From positions 548,121-612,120 of the forward strand of contig OW569353.1 of NCBI GenBank assembly GCA_937625935.1: a stretch of DNA of 64,000 nt. The letters are read 5' to 3'. The position numbers were made by a program, and so were the translations under genes. This document shows, in pieces, positions 20,822-31,802 of the stretch. The DNA comes from Tetramitus jugosus. Lineage: Eukaryota; Protista; Heterolobosea. How positions within the stretch are numbered: the first letter of the stretch is position 1; each line of letters starts with the position of its first letter. The notes below the pieces were generated by a model, which was given only the letters and a program-made list of their open reading frames with translations, was not told where the DNA came from and did not search any database.

Positions 20822-21607
20822 TCAATTTGTGTCAGCGACCGGAGCAGTTGCAACTTCTTCCCTAGTCACATAGTCCAACGACAACACATCGATTGGTTCA
20901 CTAATCAACGCATTGGTTTGAACAAGCTCCGTGGACCACAATGGCTTCCCGTGTTCATCACCATATCCATCTCTGCCCTCACGGTTCACCTTTCTACCGT
21001 ACTTTGTCGCCAAAGCATCAATAAACTTCAAATGTTCAGGATCACGCAACGTCGGAGCCCAAAACCTGACAAAACTATCACTGGCATTTCTCAACTCACC
21101 TTCCTTGAACATTTCGAGACACATGTGGTGCAAAAAACCGAACTTCAAGTGTTCGAATCCAACCATACCCAAATGCTTCATAATTCTCGTAATTCTCAAG
21201 TAGTTGTGGAACGAATGGTTCAAGTGATTGTAACGAGAGGAATAATTGCTAGGGTTGCGAGCAATTTGACCCGTATTCCTATCCAACAACACCAATCCAT
21301 AAAAATTCAACATGAGCTCATAAGATTGAATCACACGATTCAAAATTTCAACATCATCACGAAACAGTTGAGCTTCGTGCTTTGAGAGAGGAACAGACTC
21401 ATAATTCATTCCACCTTCTCTAATAGGGAACAACCATTGGATATAACCATGATGTCTCTCCAATAAACCGTAGTTGGCGAACCAGGAACGATGAATGGCG
21501 CTCAAAAAATCTCCGTCGGGCACACTTTGAATCTTGTTGCTATAAAATTGGTAGTTGGTCAGCGATTGGGTATCACTTTCTGGGATGGTAGAGTTTTCGT
21601 TTCCCAT
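20822..21607 (-). CDS. Opioid growth factor receptor (OGFr)-like domain protein, likely N-myristoylated
   Basis: LERHHGYIQWLFPIRE, MLNFYGL, HNYLRITRIMK motifs; start MGNENS at 21607. Confidence 0.85.
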   Translation of the reverse strand: MGNENSTIPESDTQSLTNYQFYSNKIQSVPDGDFLSAIHRSWFANYGLLERHHGYIQWLFPIREGGMNYESVPLSKHEAQLFRDDVEILNRVIQSYELMLNFYGLVLLDRNTGQIARNPSNYSSRYNHLNHSFHNYLRITRIMKHLGMVGFEHLKFGFLHHMCLEMFKEGELRNASDSFVRFWAPTLRDPEHLKFIDALATKYGRKVNREGRDGYGDEHGKPLWSTELVQTNALISEPIDVLSLDYVTREEVATAPVADTN

Positions 21608-21896
21608 GATGAAGCTTCGAATAGAGTAAGTACTTTTCTTCTTGATGGACGAGTTCTTGGTTGGTATCCTTGTGGAGTTGGACTTTGGCGTCAAAGCTTT
21701 TTTTGAAATGGTTTGCAGTGTTCGTTGAATTTTGTTCTTGTTTTGCTGCTTGGTGGTTCGTTGCTGTTTTCCTATCTTGCACTGCACGAAACTTCTTTTT
21801 GTTGTTCTTTTCATGTTCACACAACAGGACTTGATATTTTTCTTTGCTTGTTTGTTCCGCGACAGCATCAAGAAAAAGATGGAGTAGAAGAATGCT

Positions 21897-22877
21897 TTAT
21901 TGTGCTGTCGTGGTTTGGTCAACTCTTTGCAGGATGAAAATATTGAAGAGATTAATGAGAGCCATGTCGTTTTGAGTGATCGTCTTATACTTCTTGTACA
22001 CCAAGTATCCATTAAAAGTATCAAAATAAATATCTTTGTAATCCTCGTAAAACAATTGCATGTTATCCAATGATACAACCTTGAATCCATGCTTCTCTGC
22101 AATTTGAATAAAACTGGGAAAGTGAATCATGTATCCATTCCGTTTTACAGGCTCTGTATCAATCTTCAGCTCGTATTGTGTTCCAAATAACGAGAAGCTA
22201 GAGTCTTGAATGCTCTGTTGTTGCTGTTGTGCGGCAGCGAGTTGAGCATGTTGTGATGAAGCAGGAGAACTGCTCAACGATGATGGCGTCGAGTCCAAGT
22301 GAGACAACGAGAGCAAAAAGTTGTTCTTCTTCAGTGGTACAGTATCCATCTTCCGGGAATTGCCCATCTTTGCAACTTCCTTCTGAAACAGTGACCAAGC
22401 ACTCGAACTGTCCAAACAAAAGCCAAAAAAGTAGCCTCCCACCTTGATCAACTTTGCACAGTTCTCAAAAAACTGTTCAGCAGTTTCACTGCTCCTAAAC
22501 ACACTCTCCAATTTGACCGAGTAACACACTGCGTGATCAAACAATTGCTTCTCTGGTTCGCGACTCAAAAATTCTCTTTCCTTGTCTCCCAACGTCTCTG
22601 ACAAATTCTTTGAGAGATCGATACAGTAGAACTCACCAGGCAAGGATCCTCTTGTTCTATCGAGCCATTTCTTCTTGTTATCTCGAACAGAACTCTCATT
22701 GTCATCCATGCAGCAATACCTTGCGATTTTCATTCGAACATATTTACCATGATGTTCAGCAGAGTCTCCAAAAACATCGAGCAATGAACATTGATCAGGA
22801 TGATCAATCAACAACCTGGGCAGAATTTCACATACAGAACTGAGCACACCTCTGAACTGGGGAGCGGAAGTTTGCAT
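21897..22877 (-). CDS. mRNA cap guanine-N7 methyltransferase-like protein (divergent)
   Basis: FRSSETAEQFFENCAKLIKVGGYFFG..LDS, FGTQY, YMIHFPSFIQIAEKHGF, LFNIFILQR resemble the RNMT fold; ATG at 22877. Confidence 0.7.
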   Translation of the reverse strand: MQTSAPQFRGVLSSVCEILPRLLIDHPDQCSLLDVFGDSAEHHGKYVRMKIARYCCMDDNESSVRDNKKKWLDRTRGSLPGEFYCIDLSKNLSETLGDKEREFLSREPEKQLFDHAVCYSVKLESVFRSSETAEQFFENCAKLIKVGGYFFGFCLDSSSAWSLFQKEVAKMGNSRKMDTVPLKKNNFLLSLSHLDSTPSSLSSSPASSQHAQLAAAQQQQQSIQDSSFSLFGTQYELKIDTEPVKRNGYMIHFPSFIQIAEKHGFKVVSLDNMQLFYEDYKDIYFDTFNGYLVYKKYKTITQNDMALINLFNIFILQRVDQTTTAQ

Positions 22878-23225
22878 TTTTTGGCGCTTCGGTGTTTTGT
22901 GTTTCACGTTCCGATCTCGTGTTCGAACCAGCAAAACAAATTGGACTGCATACTTCAACGAGAGAAAAATCCACGTCAGTATCGATGAGACCAAAGTTCA
23001 GTCAAAACCACCCGTTCGCAACCGAAAGAAACCAAAAAAAAGCTCGCACTGTTATCTTTTTCCTCGCCGGTACCCAAAAAAAACCGAAGCAAACAAACAT
23101 ATTGTAAAAAGCAAACATCAACAAAGACCACTCTCTCTCTCAACTCGTTTGAAAGTCGATCGTCTATCTTAGAAGACTAAACCATTTTGTACATATAAGC
23201 TTTGATAGCAACAACAACAAAGAGA

Positions 23226-24992
23226 ATGATACTAAGAAGAAGAAGCAGCAGCTCAAATAATACCATTGCATCACTCCTTCTCATCACCTTACTTGTCATT
23301 ATTTCAACAGTTGTCAATTGTTCTTCACTCTTCATCAACAATGACTCATTTTCATGTTCATTTGAAGTGAAAGATCGGTCACAAAAGAATCGTTTGTTGA
23401 TGAATGGTATTTTGAACTTTCAGTTTGGAACTCGAGGTTCAGTTCAACCTTCATTACAAGCCATGATTCATCATCACACGAACAATGAAAATGAAAAAAC
23501 ATTTGTTTATGATCAATTGATGGTCTATTCGAATTCGGAGTTGAGCACTGATGTTTGTCAAGTCAATAGTGATGATGAAGAATCATCATTAACATTGTTT
23601 CCATCCATTCAAGTGATTCAAGAGACATTGAAACAGGCGAATCATTCGTATTTTGATCATGCAAAGTGGAATGGAGCCATTTATGATAAACAAGTGAATC
23701 AATATTGTGTTTTACCAAAGAGGGACATGTATCTGATGCAAATTATGGGTCAACAATATGTTGTCTGTGTCAATCCTGAGACTAGACTTCCACATGTTGT
23801 CATTGGTCATGAAGTGATGATTCAAATGGGTGCATTCTCACCTGGAAGAACTGTGGAATGGTTGAAGTCAACTGTTTTGCAAAAGGTGAAACAAGTTTGT
23901 GAAAAATCACAGTTGGAAGCATTGTTGACCAATGGACAATTGATGAATCATACCACTACTACTACTACTACCGCAACTGGTACCGAACATAGACGCGAAG
24001 CATGGATGAAAATGTCAATGGCCAATCAGCAGAGAATGATGAACAATCCATGGTTCACAGTGTACGAAGACTCTTGTCGATTCAAGTGGACACGTGATCC
24101 AGTTGTTTGTGAACAGGAGAAGCCATTGAGAGCGAGAGCTGCAGAACCAAAACAAAAGGTTTGCATCTTTTTGCATGGTGTAGGCAATAGTGACGATATT
24201 TCGGGCCCTCCAGTTCATGAATTCCCTGATTATTGGGGCAATGTTCATGAGTATACACCTCAGTGCTCGGAGCGATGGTTTATTCGCGAGGAGACAAAGA
24301 AGAGAGGATGGGATGATAAGGATCTACAGCGTGCCTTCTGTCAATTGGCACTAATCAATGAAACGAGAGGTGACAATATCATTCGTGACAAGGTTCTGTT
24401 TGTTCACTCGATGGGTAATTTGATTTTGTCGGGCGCCATCAGGGATGGTTTCTGTGATATTGATAACGAAACCACTAGTTGGTATGAGATCCAGGGTCCA
24501 TTCGCTGGATCCAAGGCTGCAGGTGAATTGGAAACAATTTGTCTGTTCATGTACAATGGCGAATGGATATCGCATTTTTCACCTCGATTTGTCAAGTGGG
24601 TCGCCACGACTGGTGGCTATTGTGTGCCTGGAACCAATCATAGCTATCCTGCCTATGACACACTTGGACCTGGTTATCCTGGTTTGCACGGTTTGCGAGA
24701 AATTGCTGAACCAAGAATGAAGGGTGCAATGTGTGGTGACTCTGCATATGGACTAAACTCTATTTACAGCGCAGCTCTGCTCAGTTTGTCTGTCTATGTA
24801 GGGTACGGTGATGTGAACGACGGAATGGTCCCTTGGAAGTCATGTCAAAGCGGAAAATATAACTTTTCTTACGACTTTAAGGACTCTTATTATCTGGCAA
24901 CGATCAATCATGCTGATGGTACCTGCAGGAATGGTAATGGTGTTTGGGGTTCCTTTAGACAACCATGCAGCTGGTACACTGATAAATTGTAA
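23226..24992 (+). CDS. Secreted alpha/beta-hydrolase (lipase-like)
   Basis: Signal anchor, IFLHG oxyanion motif, VHSMG nucleophile elbow, NDGMV, NHAD. Confidence 0.75.
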   Translation: MILRRRSSSSNNTIASLLLITLLVIISTVVNCSSLFINNDSFSCSFEVKDRSQKNRLLMNGILNFQFGTRGSVQPSLQAMIHHHTNNENEKTFVYDQLMVYSNSELSTDVCQVNSDDEESSLTLFPSIQVIQETLKQANHSYFDHAKWNGAIYDKQVNQYCVLPKRDMYLMQIMGQQYVVCVNPETRLPHVVIGHEVMIQMGAFSPGRTVEWLKSTVLQKVKQVCEKSQLEALLTNGQLMNHTTTTTTTATGTEHRREAWMKMSMANQQRMMNNPWFTVYEDSCRFKWTRDPVVCEQEKPLRARAAEPKQKVCIFLHGVGNSDDISGPPVHEFPDYWGNVHEYTPQCSERWFIREETKKRGWDDKDLQRAFCQLALINETRGDNIIRDKVLFVHSMGNLILSGAIRDGFCDIDNETTSWYEIQGPFAGSKAAGELETICLFMYNGEWISHFSPRFVKWVATTGGYCVPGTNHSYPAYDTLGPGYPGLHGLREIAEPRMKGAMCGDSAYGLNSIYSAALLSLSVYVGYGDVNDGMVPWKSCQSGKYNFSYDFKDSYYLATINHADGTCRNGNGVWGSFRQPCSWYTDKL

Positions 24993-25633
24993 ACTAGAAC
25001 AAACAATACAACGACAATAAACCATTTTTGAACATAGTAGACGGCTCGTTTGGAATTTGTTGCTTTCAAGAAACAGTTTTTGAAAGTTCAAGGATCCCAA
25101 ATGAACTCTTCATACCTTCTCATCTCCTTTTCATCATAGATGAAGGAGCGGATAAGAAGCAAGGGATCACCCAGCGACTTCGTTCTGAAAACTCTTGAAA
25201 ATCAAGGATTGTCGAAATCACCAACGATTCCTGTTTTATTGTTCTACTCTTGAATTGAAGCAATTCAATTTTTGACCTCAGTTGTCACCGTTCCCGTCCA
25301 CTCAGAACCAGTTTTTCACATAAGAATACAAAGTACCTTGGTACAGAGCTGCATAGAATTCGTTGAGACCTGGAAACACAAAAGGAAACACATACCAAAA
25401 ACACTTGTTTTCACAACTTTATTCTTGTGGAATACAAACATTTTTTCTCCTCCTCACATATGAAACTTCAACACTCCCAAATGAATTTTGCGCCCTTTCC
25501 CGACTCCTTATCAAAATGAGAAAGCAAACCAATAAAAAGTAAGGAATCATCCAGCAACTTCATCTGAAAACTCTTACTCTAAAGAATTGTCGAAGCAACA
25601 ATGATTTCTGTTTTACCATTTTCTTTTATTGGT

Positions 25634-28600
25634 TTATATATTGATGTATCGGTTTGCCTTTGACAAATTGGGCAAGAAGGGATAAGTCATCTTTGGTTCA
25701 TAGGCATTGTCAAACTCGGATGCATAGATTTGCTGTTTGGTTTCCTTGCATCCCAAATTGTTCTCTCTAACTTCGCTCTTTCTCGTTCTGGTCATGAGGA
25801 AGTGAACCAAAGGAATACAGAGGAGACAACAAGCAGCCAACACAGCCAAGACGACTGTATGTGCAACGAATGGTCCTCCCTTTCCTGCAATCTTGAGAGC
25901 ATAATAAATGGTCTGCAAGAATGTGAAAACAAACAAGCTTCCAAATATGAGCTTAATGTTCAGAAGACATCCCTTCATGTGAGCAAGGAAATCCAAGCGG
26001 AATTCGTTTGTTGTTCCATAGAACGAATGATTTCGCTTATGGGTGTAGACATACATTACTCTGTACCTGTCCACAAAGTACTTGTACAAGAAGTAGAACA
26101 GACCACAAACCATGATGACTGGTTGAAGTACAGCAAATGCCAAGATAATAGTTACAATCAAGTGCATGTACGAATATTCCAAACTCAAGTTCAGAGCAGC
26201 ACTCTCCACTGGGTCATATCTTGTGATTGGTGATACGTGCCTGGCGAATGGTGTCTTTTGCCAAAAGCGTCCAGTGAAGCAGTTCTTGATGCCATAAACA
26301 ATCAAGTTGCCAATCATGTAGAGATCCAGAGTATTCTTCAATAGGGCCTGATGCAAAACAAAACTGACAAAGAATGCACCAGATGATGGCAGAAACACAT
26401 TAGCAAACATATTCAAGATGCTCTCTGTTCCTCCAAAGTATTGGAACACTCCATTAACTGCAACGAGTGACAAGCTAGGCAGGATAACAACAGACAGGAT
26501 CAAGTAAATATAGATCCGAACTTGAACCTTTCTCTGAGTCTCGCTATGTGTTGGTCTCTTCTCGGCCATAGTCAAAGCAATGATAACTCTTGGGACGATA
26601 ATGGTTGAAATCATGAGTATCAGAGATGGTAGATATTGGAAGAAGAAGGCACCAAATGCCCCTGTAATCAACCTGATCCAATCAGTACTGACTTTGATAA
26701 CATCCATTGTTAGAATCTCTTGGATGCCAGATGCGGCAGCCGTAGGGGTTGAAACAAATATTAGGATGAATAACAACAGTGCGTAGATGAGTAACGTTCT
26801 CATCACTCGACCCAATGACCCGAGCTGGTTTTGTTGAAAGATTGACATCCAGTTGATATCTTCTGGCTCGTAATCCACCTTTTTCACACGCATAGAACTC
26901 ATACCCAATAGATCTAAACTTGTCAGAGCATTATTTCTCTGCAATGAGTATTCCACTGTTTTTGATCTCTTGACACTGTTGCCAGACTCTTCAATTCTCA
27001 ATTGCTTCTTCTTCTTCTGCCACACTTTCAATGAAGACAGTTTGTCTGAGCTGCCGATTGTCCTCTTGGTAATATTAATTCCTGTTCGTCCATACTTTTT
27101 ACAAAATTGTTTTCTTGCGTCCTTTGAAGTGAACACAATATAGCCAACTCCACCACATCTAGGTGTTTCAAAAATATCTCCTTTAGGAGTGAAGATAACA
27201 GAACTGCTATTTGAAGTCGAAATATCGAGCGGAGCATCATGAGCTGGAAGTGGAATCACTTCATGTTCGTCACGACCGTCTCCAAAACTGGCAACACTTG
27301 TAGACATGTTTTGTTCGAGACATGTCACATATTTGTTGTCCCACAAGTGGGCATCTCTCTCCAGAGTTCGCACTTGTTTATCATAGTAAGCACTAGCATC
27401 GTACTTTCTTCTCAAGCGGAACTTCTTACTACCGTCATATGTGTCTTTTCCACAACAAATCGTTGCAGTTGGCTTCGCATTCTTCTTATGATTCAACAAA
27501 TAATCAACTTGGTCCATGTGTTTATACATGTCCATTAACTCTTGCTCCTTCTCTACGCGTTGAACAAAATTAGGAACCATGACAATTTGAGCTACACTCC
27601 TCTCCAATTGAATCTCCTGCAATGCACCATAGCAAATAGTGTAGAACGAGTTGTGATCCATATCGATCGGAACGCTGTCAATCATCACACTGAACGGACT
27701 CTTGAGCAATGGGGACGAAGAGGGAATTTCAGTCACGGGTGGTTCGATCTTCTTCTCTTCTGCTTGAATTCGTTCAATGATTGATGCAACACTGGCAGTT
27801 CTTCGATTATTCTCAACTGAAACTGCAACTTTTGAGGTTGTATCAGCTCCCATGTAGTTCATCTTTGACACCACCGAGTTCTTCATGTAACGATACACAA
27901 AGAAGAAGGAAAAGACACCGACGAACAAGCAGCTCAAGCATACGTGAACAGCCTGAATTCCTGCTTCGTCGACTCTCATTGCTAAACTAATTCTTTCCAA
28001 TCGAGCACTTGTAATTGACGTACTACTGTCTCCTGTGTGAGATCCCTCGTGAGTTGGTCTCGTTCCTGTCATATGAATCGGTATCAGAACCACACACACG
28101 AGGAGGGAGCATATCAGAATAGAAAAGATCAATTGTTGTTGGAAGATAAAGTAAGTGGCAATGTCTCTTCCATACTCTCGTGCCATTCGTTCTCGTTCCT
28201 GTCGACGATAGGATGGAGCAAAGAGAGATTGAACCGTGTGCCAAAGGAAGCGAATACGATGCCAGTGGAAGCGCAACGGTTGTTGCCACCATACAGATCT
28301 CGTAGCACTCAAATCATTGTGCTTGTCTTTGGGGTGTTCTTTGGTAAGGGTGGAACTATTCTCGATAGGTGAATCCATCGTGACAGCAGGCTTCTCTTGT
28401 CCAATTGTGTGAGCCATTGGTGCAGCGTTGTAATCTTGATTGGATGACAGAATGACCGTGTCTGGTGCTGGAGCGACCATTGTCATTGAAGTTAGAGCAG
28501 GAACATTGGGTTGAAGGAGAGTAGAACCGTTGTTTGCAATTTCAGCACCCTGGATAATCTCGTGTTCCCTGAACAGGGCTTGCTTTTTAAGGCTCTCCTT

Positions 28601-28717
28601 CTTTCTCGTGTTGTAAATCGTGACGCATGGTTGAAGTATGAGGTAGAACAGCAGTAGAAGAACAGCAGCAATAGCTGTGTCTATAATGAGGGTAAGAGCA
28701 ATCGCTTGGAGCGCCAT
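25634..28717 (-). CDS. OSCA/TMEM63 (CSC1-like) mechanosensitive cation channel
   Basis: GRDIATYFIF, VLIPIHMTG, GYIVF, EPEDINW, FVSTP, SGAFFVSFVL, YKYFVDRY motifs and many TM helices. Confidence 0.88.
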   Translation of the reverse strand: MALQAIALTLIIDTAIAAVLLLLFYLILQPCVTIYNTRKKESLKKQALFREHEIIQGAEIANNGSTLLQPNVPALTSMTMVAPAPDTVILSSNQDYNAAPMAHTIGQEKPAVTMDSPIENSSTLTKEHPKDKHNDLSATRSVWWQQPLRFHWHRIRFLWHTVQSLFAPSYRRQERERMAREYGRDIATYFIFQQQLIFSILICSLLVCVVLIPIHMTGTRPTHEGSHTGDSSTSITSARLERISLAMRVDEAGIQAVHVCLSCLFVGVFSFFFVYRYMKNSVVSKMNYMGADTTSKVAVSVENNRRTASVASIIERIQAEEKKIEPPVTEIPSSSPLLKSPFSVMIDSVPIDMDHNSFYTICYGALQEIQLERSVAQIVMVPNFVQRVEKEQELMDMYKHMDQVDYLLNHKKNAKPTATICCGKDTYDGSKKFRLRRKYDASAYYDKQVRTLERDAHLWDNKYVTCLEQNMSTSVASFGDGRDEHEVIPLPAHDAPLDISTSNSSSVIFTPKGDIFETPRCGGVGYIVFTSKDARKQFCKKYGRTGINITKRTIGSSDKLSSLKVWQKKKKQLRIEESGNSVKRSKTVEYSLQRNNALTSLDLLGMSSMRVKKVDYEPEDINWMSIFQQNQLGSLGRVMRTLLIYALLLFILIFVSTPTAAASGIQEILTMDVIKVSTDWIRLITGAFGAFFFQYLPSLILMISTIIVPRVIIALTMAEKRPTHSETQRKVQVRIYIYLILSVVILPSLSLVAVNGVFQYFGGTESILNMFANVFLPSSGAFFVSFVLHQALLKNTLDLYMIGNLIVYGIKNCFTGRFWQKTPFARHVSPITRYDPVESAALNLSLEYSYMHLIVTIILAFAVLQPVIMVCGLFYFLYKYFVDRYRVMYVYTHKRNHSFYGTTNEFRLDFLAHMKGCLLNIKLIFGSLFVFTFLQTIYYALKIAGKGGPFVAHTVVLAVLAACCLLCIPLVHFLMTRTRKSEVRENNLGCKETKQQIYASEFDNAYEPKMTYPFLPNLSKANRYINI

Positions 28718-28974
28718 GATTTGTTCTCGGTAAATTCAAATCTTCAAGTACTCGTAAAGGAGCGTTGTAAATTGACAAAAATTTGATAAAGAATAGAAAG
28801 GTAGTTCAATCTTCTATTCAGCCGAATGTATTTCTCTGGTTTGTTGTTTGGGTTATTGATTGAGATTCTGCCACACCAACTTTTATACACCCAACGAATC
28901 AGCAGACAGAAAAAACATGCACGGTATTTTTTTCGGGAATTCCTTTGGTGTGTATTTCTGGATCCGATAATGAA

Positions 28975-31626
28975 CTACCGACTGCTGGTTGACCTTGTCG
29001 ACAGGTACTGAATAGGAACATTATCGGCTGTGTGCGAGGGTGAATCAGGTTTCTTTTGTCCAAATCTGACAACCTCTATGACTCCTGGTTTTGTGTTTGT
29101 GTCTTCTTGGAAACGATTGCTGCCAGTGAACTTGTTTGTCAGAACGATTTTTGGATAGATGAGTACGGCCCTGTACAGACACATGGTGATATTCTCTGTG
29201 ACCTGCAAGTTGCGTAATCGAGGAGAGCCTCGACTAGACCCTCCTCCAAGGGCTCCATTCAACTGGAAAGCTTTTTTCAAGTACATGAAGATATCTTGAT
29301 CAGATAATTTGTTCTTCCAGTCTGGAAGTGTCCATACATCTATTATTGCCTCAATCATTTGTTGGGTGGGCAATATGGTTGTGGAGCCGCTCATGAGCCT
29401 GTCCCAATACTTAGTAGCATTCACAATCTTCTGTTTTGCAGCATAGTTACAAATGATGATTTGATACTCTTCCTGACTTAGCTCTCCCTCTGAATTCATG
29501 ATTCTCAACACATACATTATCATCTGATCGGTTGACTTTTCAAATAAATATTTTAAGAGACTGGCTCTCGTGATTGGATGCTGCATGTTTAACCTTTCTT
29601 GAATAGATTCGAGCGTTCCCACATTCCGTACATATATGATGGCCAGGGTTTTGGCAGTTGGTCTCAACCCTGAGTACTTCTTTCGTACTGCGTCCCATAG
29701 CGAATACACGTCCTCTATCTTCAAAACTCGAGACATGGTGTTCATCACAGTCTCCGAAGGCATGATATTATCCTCATGTATCATGGTGATAAACAATTGT
29801 TTTGCGTGCCGTCGTAGATAATGCATGAGCAGTTCGTAGGTGACAGCATTGCACTGCACCTTACAAGGTAATTGAACCATGAATTCGTCATCCTCCTGTG
29901 AGTAGTTCTCTTTATCAACATTTCTCATTTGTTGATAAATTCTATAAGCATTGTTGGGCTTTCCAATCAAGCAATATGCTTCAATGAGCAAGGAACAAGT
30001 CACTGTATCGGGTAGCAGAGAATTTTGAAGAGTAAGCTCTTTAAAATACCGCAACATCGTTGTAATTGCCTCTGTTCCTGTTGAGCGCTTGTTCTTGAAT
30101 CGTTTCAACTGATATGTCATGAGTGTATTAAAAGTACAAACATCAACCTTCAATCTCCTATTCTGTATCAATTTTTCTGCCTTGTGTACTTTATCCTGAT
30201 CCAAATAACACTTCAATAAAATGTTTACTGTCGTTTGATCCATCCTCACATTGTTTTCTTTCATCACGTCCACTAATTCATCTACTTGCTTATATCTCTT
30301 ATCCTTTACCAATCCATCCATAAATATGTTGTATTCATATACATCTGGTGCCACATCTTCATCTCCATTCAACTGATATGTCTTGTGCTGCAAATTGAAT
30401 AGATCAAGCGCAATGCGAAGCATAGGAGGATTCGATAAACCACACAATTGGATCCAACTCTCAATCAAAGTAAACGTCAAGAACTCTGCTCCATCAATCT
30501 TCTTTCTCCTTTCCCAAGAAGGTAGTGGATCGGTCGTTCGAATTCTACCTTTGGAATAATCCAAGAATCCCTTAATTAACGTACTGTAGGTCACTGCAGA
30601 CGGCATAACTCCACCAATTTGCATATCAATCAAAGCTTTCAACGCGTCTTGCATCTGACCCTCCTTCGCATACATGCCAATCACCATCGTGTAACTCGCA
30701 ACACAAGGATATATCAAATGCCTCTCCACAACTGTATTAAACAAGTGAATTGCTTCGCGATACATGTGTGTATTGTCGGCACCTTGCAACATGATTCTCA
30801 AAGTTTGTTCATTCGGTTTCATGCGATCCGATTCAATCAACGACCGAAATAATGAAATAATCTTTTCTCCATCACTAAACACTTGCATCAGTGCGTTCAT
30901 GTGATCCAGAGTAATCGATTCTGGTCCACAATACCTCTTCATGAGTTCCAACACAGCAAACAAGCCAATTTCATTCTTTTGATGCGCACAAATCAAAAAA
31001 ACTTCATTCAAAATATCATCACAATCACTCACGTCCAATTCACCTCGATTCGACACTTCTTCAAGCACCCTGAGCGCTGTTTTTGAGTCTGTATGAAACT
31101 GCAACAACAATTTTGCTTTGGCCTTTGATTCCATGCGAGGTTTTGAGTTTATTTTCATTGTTTCTCTGTTTCTCAAGTTGTTGTTGTTGTTCTGGTTGTG
31201 ATTTGTTGTCCATGTTGATGTTGATGATGATGAGTGATTGGATGACGTATCACCAGGGTAATAAAGCTTATAGACTTTATTTTGATCATATTCCTCTCCT
31301 TCTTCATATTCTTCTCTGTGCCTTGATGATGAGCCATAGCGTTGATCATGTGTACCACAGTTGTTGGAGTGATAGGCGCATTTTTGTTGTTGTTGTTGTT
31401 GATTTGTGTGTCTAGATAGAGGTTTGATCGGTGAGTGGTAATAATGGTGGTGGTGATGACGATGATGATGATGATGAAAATATCGATACAGTGATGGATG
31501 AGTGAATGCACGATGAATCATGGCTGACGTTGAGCATTTGGTGAATAGTGATGCTGTGATTTTCATTCTGTAATGTGATGACGGTGCTGCCAAAGAGACA
31601 AGAGTGATGGTGGTGGAGGAATGCAT
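28975..31626 (-). CDS. Pentatricopeptide-repeat (PPR) protein, probably mitochondrial
   Basis: Repeats such as VASYTMVIGMYAKEG, PSAVTYSTLIKG, PDTVTCSLLIEAYC; start codon uncertain. Confidence 0.85.
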   Translation of the reverse strand: MHSSTTITLVSLAAPSSHYRMKITASLFTKCSTSAMIHRAFTHPSLYRYFHHHHHRHHHHHYYHSPIKPLSRHTNQQQQQQKCAYHSNNCGTHDQRYGSSSRHREEYEEGEEYDQNKVYKLYYPGDTSSNHSSSSTSTWTTNHNQNNNNNLRNRETMKINSKPRMESKAKAKLLLQFHTDSKTALRVLEEVSNRGELDVSDCDDILNEVFLICAHQKNEIGLFAVLELMKRYCGPESITLDHMNALMQVFSDGEKIISLFRSLIESDRMKPNEQTLRIMLQGADNTHMYREAIHLFNTVVERHLIYPCVASYTMVIGMYAKEGQMQDALKALIDMQIGGVMPSAVTYSTLIKGFLDYSKGRIRTTDPLPSWERRKKIDGAEFLTFTLIESWIQLCGLSNPPMLRIALDLFNLQHKTYQLNGDEDVAPDVYEYNIFMDGLVKDKRYKQVDELVDVMKENNVRMDQTTVNILLKCYLDQDKVHKAEKLIQNRRLKVDVCTFNTLMTYQLKRFKNKRSTGTEAITTMLRYFKELTLQNSLLPDTVTCSLLIEAYCLIGKPNNAYRIYQQMRNVDKENYSQEDDEFMVQLPCKVQCNAVTYELLMHYLRRHAKQLFITMIHEDNIMPSETVMNTMSRVLKIEDVYSLWDAVRKKYSGLRPTAKTLAIIYVRNVGTLESIQERLNMQHPITRASLLKYLFEKSTDQMIMYVLRIMNSEGELSQEEYQIIICNYAAKQKIVNATKYWDRLMSGSTTILPTQQMIEAIIDVWTLPDWKNKLSDQDIFMYLKKAFQLNGALGGGSSRGSPRLRNLQVTENITMCLYRAVLIYPKIVLTNKFTGSNRFQEDTNTKPGVIEVVRFGQKKPDSPSHTADNVPIQYLSTRSTSSR

Positions 31627-31802
31627 GATGTTATGCACGAAAGCTTTCCACAAGAATTTGATTGTTTTGCGCGCTTTTTTTTCGGTGTTTTTGTTGGTGG
31701 TGGTCTCTTTGTTTGTGCGTCGTGTCTGAATACAATTGTGAATCAACGACAGGGTGTTGTAACCAAAAAAGCTTTATCAAAGAGAGCAGTCACATTCACT
31801 CT

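Noticed and set aside
21608-22102. Long N-terminal extension of the OGFr-like ORF overlapping the methyltransferase gene
   Set aside because: Starts at a non-ATG codon and runs through a CAA-rich leader; the MGNENS start at 21607 is more plausible
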